Source: an uncultured Actinomycetes bacterium
GTDB lineage: Bacteria > Actinomycetota > Thermoleophilia > Gaiellales > Gaiellaceae
DNA length: 64,000 nucleotides
Reading direction: 5' to 3'
Assembly: GCA_963815895.1 (NCBI GenBank)
Contig: CAWFIP010000001.1
Span: 88,519 to 152,518, forward strand
The notes under the pieces are model-generated. The model was not told where the DNA came from. It saw nothing but the letters and a program-made list of their open reading frames with translations, and searched no databases. A program made the position numbers and the translations under genes. This document shows, piece after piece, positions 60,056 to 64,000 of the stretch (within the stretch, counting starts at the first letter, position 1; each line of letters starts with the position of its first letter).

Positions 60056-60666
60056 GGGGTCACGAGCTCGCGCAGTTGCTCGATCCGCGCAGGGCCGATG
60101 CCGGGGACAGCGTCCAGGTCGTCGACCGAGCGGACAAAGCCGTGCTCGGCTCGATAGTCGAGAATCTTCTGCGCGGTGACCGGCCCCACCCCGGGGAGCT
60201 CGTCGAGCTGCTCGGCCGTCGCGGTCGAGAGGCTCAGCTTCTGCGTCGGGGCCGCGCCCGCGGCTGTCCCCGGCACACCCGTTGCGGACGACGCGCCCCC
60301 GGGCGCCGCGCCGGGCACGATTTGCACCCGCGCGGGCACGACGACCTGCGCACCGTCCACGAGCGGCGCCGCGAGGTTGAGCCCGCCGAGATTCGCACGT
60401 CGTGATGCGCCGCCCGCACGCCTCACCGCGTCGGCGATGCGCGATCCGTCGCGCAGCCGGTACAGGCCCGGATGCCGCACCGCGCCCACGACGTGCACGA
60501 CGACGTGTTGAGGTGCCGCCGCGGCTACAGGCTCGAGCGGGGCAGCGACCTCCGGCTCGTGCGCCGCACCGGCGCCCGCGAGGCGATTGCCGACGAGCAC
60601 GAGCAGGGCGAGCACGACGCTCACGAGGACGAGTGCGGTCGGGCGCGAGACCGAGATCGACGGCAT
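60052..60666 (-). CDS. comEA: ComEA family DNA-binding protein (SLBB + helix-hairpin-helix)
   Basis: TM anchor, VVHVVGAVRHPGLYRL, LNLAAPLVDGAQVVVP, AEQLDELPGVGPVTAQKILDYR. Confidence 0.88.
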   Translation of the reverse strand: MPSISVSRPTALVLVSVVLALLVLVGNRLAGAGAAHEPEVAAPLEPVAAAAPQHVVVHVVGAVRHPGLYRLRDGSRIADAVRRAGGASRRANLGGLNLAAPLVDGAQVVVPARVQIVPGAAPGGASSATGVPGTAAGAAPTQKLSLSTATAEQLDELPGVGPVTAQKILDYRAEHGFVRSVDDLDAVPGIGPARIEQLRELVTP

Positions 60667-60770
60667 GTGGCCATCGTTCCGGGGAACCGGTCACGGATGG
60701 GGAACGGCTTCGTGCCGAGTGCGTGTCTCTTCGCGCCTCGCCCACCTCGGGCCGGCGGCACGGAGACGGG

Positions 60771-63200
60771 TTACGAGGACGTCACGAAGTTGACGAGCTT
60801 GCCGGGAACGACCACCGTCCGGACGACCTCGGCCCCGTCGAGGTGTGCGTGGACGCGTTCCGACTCCTGCGCGAGCGCGACGAGCTCCTGCTCGGACGTG
60901 TGCGGGGAGACGTGCAGCCGATCGCGGACCCGCCCGTCGACCTGCACGACGACCTCGACGGTCTCCTGCTCGAGCATCGCGGGATCGGCCACGGGCCAGC
61001 TCGCCTCCCACAGGCGCTCGTGCCCGAGGCGCTCCCACAGCTCCTCGGCAACGTGCGGCGCATACGGCTGGATCAGGGACACGGCGGTCTCGGCCGCAAG
61101 GCGCGCGTCGCCACCCGCTCGGTCCCTCGAGAGCTCGTTGACCAGCTCCATCACGGCCGCGATCGCCGTGTTGAACGCGTACCTGCGACCGATGTCGTCC
61201 GTGACCTTCGCGATCGTCGCGTGCGCCTTGCGCGCAAGCGGGCCACCCTCGGCCGGACCCTCCGGCGCCGTCTCGGCCACCTCGCCGACGACGCTCCACA
61301 GCCGCCGGACGAAGCGGTTCATCGCCTCGACGCTCGTCTCCGTCCACTCCATGTCCTCGTTCGCGGGGCCGAGGAAGAGGATGTTCAGGCGGCACGCGTC
61401 CGCGCCGTAGCGCGCGACGGACTCGTCCGGCCCGACGACATTGCCCGCCCGCTTCGACATCTTCGACTTCCCGAGCGTGACCCAGCCGTTGGAGAAGAAG
61501 CTTGCGAACGGCTCGCGGAAGCCGACGAGGCCGAGCTCGTTCAGCACCTTGATCCAGAACCGCGCGTAGATCATGTGGACGGTTGCGTGGTCGACGCCGC
61601 CGATGTACAGGTCGATGGGATTCCAGTAGTCGACGGCGCCGCGATCGAACGGCGCCTGGTCGTTGTGCGGGTCGCAGTAGCGCAGGAAGTACCAGGACGA
61701 GTCGACGAACGTGTCCATCGTCTCGACCTCGCGGCGGCCAGGCCCTCCGCAGCGCGGGCAGGGCACGTTCACCCAGTCCTCCGCCTGCGCGAGCGGAGGC
61801 TGACCCTTCGGCTTGTAGTCCTCGATCTCGGGAAGCACGACGGGGAGGTCGACCTCCGGAACGGGAACGATCCCGCAGTCGTCGCAGTACACGACGGGGA
61901 TGGGGCAGCCCCAGTACCGCTGTCGCGAGAAGCCCCAGTCGCGGAGGCGGTAGTTGACGGCAAAGCGACCGCGTCCCTCGGTCTCGAGCTTCTCGACGAT
62001 CCGCCGCCCTCCGTCGGTCGCCGGCATGCCGTCGAACTCGCCGGAGTTGACGAGGATCTCGTCTTCGGTGTGCTCGACGTACGCGGTTGCCTCGTCGACG
62101 TCCGCGTCCCGAGGTCGGACCACGTGCCTCACGGGCAGGTCGAATGCCCGTGCGAACTCGAAGTCGCGCTCGTCGTGGGCCGGGACGGCCATGATCGCCC
62201 CGGTTCCGTAGTCCGTCAGAACGTAGTCGGCGACGTACACGGGCAAACGCTCGTCGTTCACCGGGTTGACGGCATGCAGGCCGGTGAAGACGCCCGTCTT
62301 CTCCGTTGCCGCGGCGCGGTCCGCGGTCTTCTTCGCGCCTGCGCGGCGCACATAGTCCTGAACCTCTTCGGACTCGATCCGCGCGACGAGCTCATGCTCC
62401 GGCGCGAGGACGAAGAACGTCGCCCCGTACAGCGTGTCGGGCCTCGTCGTGAAGACCGGTACGTCCTCGTCGAGCTCTTCGATCCGGAAGAGGATCTCTG
62501 CGCCCTCCGAGCGGCCGATCCAGTTCCGCTGGCGCGCCTTGATCGACTCCGGCCACTCGAGCGCCTCGAGGTCGTCGAGCAGCGCCTGTGCGTAGTCGGT
62601 GATCCGGAAGAACCACTGGTCCATGAGCCGCGACTCGACCTCTGCTCCACAACGCTCACAGCGGCCCTCGCGGACCTGCTCGTTCGCGAGCACGGTCTGG
62701 TCGTTCGGGCACCACTTGACGGGCGCCGCCTTCCGGTACGCGAGGCCGCGCTCGTAGAACCGCAGGAACTGCCACTGCTGCCAGCGGTAGTACTCGGGCT
62801 CGTGCGTCGATACGAGCCGCTCCCAGTCGATCGCCCAGCCGATCCGGCGCATCGACTCGCGGATGCTCGCGATGTTCCGCTCCACGGTCTCGCGCGGGTG
62901 CAGCCCCTCGCTGATGGCAGCGTTCTCAGCGGGCAGGCCGAACGCGTCGAAGCCTTGCGGGTGCAGGACGCGCGCGCCGCTGCGGCGGCGGAAGTGCGTG
63001 ACGACGTCCCCGATCGTGTACACGAGCATGTGCCCCATGTGCAGCGACCCGGACGGGTACGGCAGCATCTCCAGCACGTAGTTCTTCGGCTCGGCAGCCG
63101 ACTCGGCTCCTGGCTCCGGGTTCGGCACCGCGAAGGCGTGCGCGTCCTCCCACACGCGCTGCCACTTCGCCTCGATTGTCTTGGGCTCGTACCGCTCCAT
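60771..63200 (-). CDS. leuS: Leucine--tRNA ligase
   Basis: ATG 63200 is preceded by GAGGcaggac. Sequence: MERYEPKTIEAKWQRVW, PYPSGSLHMGH (HIGH-type), KMSKRAGN (KMSKS). Confidence 0.95.
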   Translation of the reverse strand: MERYEPKTIEAKWQRVWEDAHAFAVPNPEPGAESAAEPKNYVLEMLPYPSGSLHMGHMLVYTIGDVVTHFRRRSGARVLHPQGFDAFGLPAENAAISEGLHPRETVERNIASIRESMRRIGWAIDWERLVSTHEPEYYRWQQWQFLRFYERGLAYRKAAPVKWCPNDQTVLANEQVREGRCERCGAEVESRLMDQWFFRITDYAQALLDDLEALEWPESIKARQRNWIGRSEGAEILFRIEELDEDVPVFTTRPDTLYGATFFVLAPEHELVARIESEEVQDYVRRAGAKKTADRAAATEKTGVFTGLHAVNPVNDERLPVYVADYVLTDYGTGAIMAVPAHDERDFEFARAFDLPVRHVVRPRDADVDEATAYVEHTEDEILVNSGEFDGMPATDGGRRIVEKLETEGRGRFAVNYRLRDWGFSRQRYWGCPIPVVYCDDCGIVPVPEVDLPVVLPEIEDYKPKGQPPLAQAEDWVNVPCPRCGGPGRREVETMDTFVDSSWYFLRYCDPHNDQAPFDRGAVDYWNPIDLYIGGVDHATVHMIYARFWIKVLNELGLVGFREPFASFFSNGWVTLGKSKMSKRAGNVVGPDESVARYGADACRLNILFLGPANEDMEWTETSVEAMNRFVRRLWSVVGEVAETAPEGPAEGGPLARKAHATIAKVTDDIGRRYAFNTAIAAVMELVNELSRDRAGGDARLAAETAVSLIQPYAPHVAEELWERLGHERLWEASWPVADPAMLEQETVEVVVQVDGRVRDRLHVSPHTSEQELVALAQESERVHAHLDGAEVVRTVVVPGKLVNFVTSS

Positions 63201-63226
63201 GTCCTGCCTCGTTCGATTCCGGATAC

Positions 63227-63250
63227 AAAAAAGCCTCTCTGACGAGAGGC
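63227..63250 (-). terminator. Canonical intrinsic terminator inside the leuS 5' leader (candidate attenuator)
   Basis: Minus strand reads GCCUCUC-GUCA-GAGAGGC-UUUUUU. The U-tract ends 26 nt before the leuS ATG. No minus-strand gene lies upstream of it, because lysA is on the plus strand. Confidence 0.6.
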
Positions 63251-63344
63251 CTGGAGGGAACGCCACGGCAGTGCCGCGTACCGCTCCCAGTCCTATGCAA
63301 GCAGCTGCTTCATGAGGTCTCAGGGTAACAGTCAGAATCGCCGG

Positions 63345-64000
63345 ATGCTCGATCTGTTCCCGGATTCGGCGCGCATCGAAAACGGCGTCCTCGTGCTCGG
63401 CGGGGCGGCCGCACCCGAGCTCGCCGAGCGGTTCGGGACGCCGCTCGTCGTCTACTGCGAGGAGACGCTGCTCGCTCGTGCGCGCACGCTCCGCGAAGCG
63501 GTCGGCGAGGGCGGACGCGTCTTCGTCGGGACCAAGGCGTTCCCGAACGTAGCGCTGCTCCGGCTCTTGCACGATGAGGGCATCGGCGCCGACGTCGCGA
63601 CGGCCGGCGAGCTCGCGTTCGCCCGGGCGGCGGGGCTCGGCGGCGGGCAGCTCGTCGTGCACGGGAACAACAAGGACGAGGCCTTTCTCCGCGAGGCGGC
63701 GGCCGAGAGCGCACCCGTCGTGCTCGACGCTCCCGACGAGCCCACGCTGGCTGCCGCAGCCGGTGTCAGGCAGGTCCTCGTCCGGGTCACGCTCGGCGTC
63801 GACGCCGACACGCACGAGGCCATCGTGACCGGGCATCACGGCTCGAAGTTCGGCCTGCCGCCCGAGCAGGCGCAGCAGGCAGTCGCCGACGCGCTCGAGC
63901 TCGGCCTCGACGTGCTCGGCGTTCATGTCCATGTCGGCTCGCAGCTTCCCGACTTCACCGCGCAGGCAGAGACGATCCGGCGCCTCGCGGGCTTCGCCGC
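63345..64000 (+). CDS. lysA: Diaminopimelate decarboxylase (N-terminal ~218 aa; continues beyond the right edge)
   Basis: Own translation: MLDLFPDSARIENGVLVLGG...FGTPLVVYCEETLL...VFVGTKAFPNVALLRLL...HGNNK...GSKFGLP...LGVHVHVGSQL. This fits the fold-III PLP decarboxylase family, with the K-A-F Lys and the HxHxGSQ motif. Confidence 0.85.
   Translation, partial: MLDLFPDSARIENGVLVLGGAAAPELAERFGTPLVVYCEETLLARARTLREAVGEGGRVFVGTKAFPNVALLRLLHDEGIGADVATAGELAFARAAGLGGGQLVVHGNNKDEAFLREAAAESAPVVLDAPDEPTLAAAAGVRQVLVRVTLGVDADTHEAIVTGHHGSKFGLPPEQAQQAVADALELGLDVLGVHVHVGSQLPDFTAQAETIRRLAGFA

Noticed and set aside
63274-63289. Calling the leuS leader a bona fide T-box riboswitch
   Set aside because: There is only loose similarity to the T-box core. 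CGGU stands where UGGN is expected. I could not draw a convincing antiterminator or specifier loop. Only ~144 nt are available. It is reported only as a candidate attenuator needing a covariance-model test.

Overview
High-GC (about 70%) actinobacterial-type chromosome segment, probably from a deep-branching lineage because the gene order resembles Firmicutes. It splits into two parts.

(1) Housekeeping block, about 22.4-64 kb, mostly on the minus strand: coaE, rpsA, a VOC protein, polA, a LarA-like gene, livFGMH plus a binding lipoprotein, tRNA-Leu(CAA), two tandem phosphofructokinases, a BNR/sialidase-like protein, two ALDH genes, deoC, era-cdd-dgkA-ybeY-phoH, yqeY-HIT-mtaB-prmA-dnaJ-hrcA-hemW-lepA, murJ, rpsT, holA-comEC-comEA, leuS and the start of lysA. 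Many neighbouring genes overlap by 1-4 nt.

(2) Accessory island, about 1.2-22.4 kb, wedged between uvrB and coaE. Three things stand out here.
- A two-gene operon encodes a SARP (winged-helix + BTAD) protein fused to a SIR2-like domain, with its stop overlapping the start (ATGA) of an nSTAND NTPase-TM-WD40 protein.
- A second SARP head is fused to a class III nucleotide cyclase, a STAND ATPase and TPR repeats.
- Six copies of an 18-bp direct-repeat box (TTGAGCG-N4-TTGAGCG, 11-bp register, 8 bp before a weak -10) have classic SARP-operator geometry. They sit in front of the SIR2 operon and five units encoding secreted or anchored proteins of unknown function.

Other findings:
- A second 11-bp-phased repeat set (TTAGCCG) lies in front of an unlisted 36-codon signal-peptide micro-ORF.
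- Three apparent 1-nt indels affect conserved genes (rpsA, VOC, LarA-like); one of them fuses the S1 and CoaE reading frames.
- An intrinsic terminator sits inside the leuS leader.

All calls come from reading the sequence and ORF translations by eye. No database search was run.
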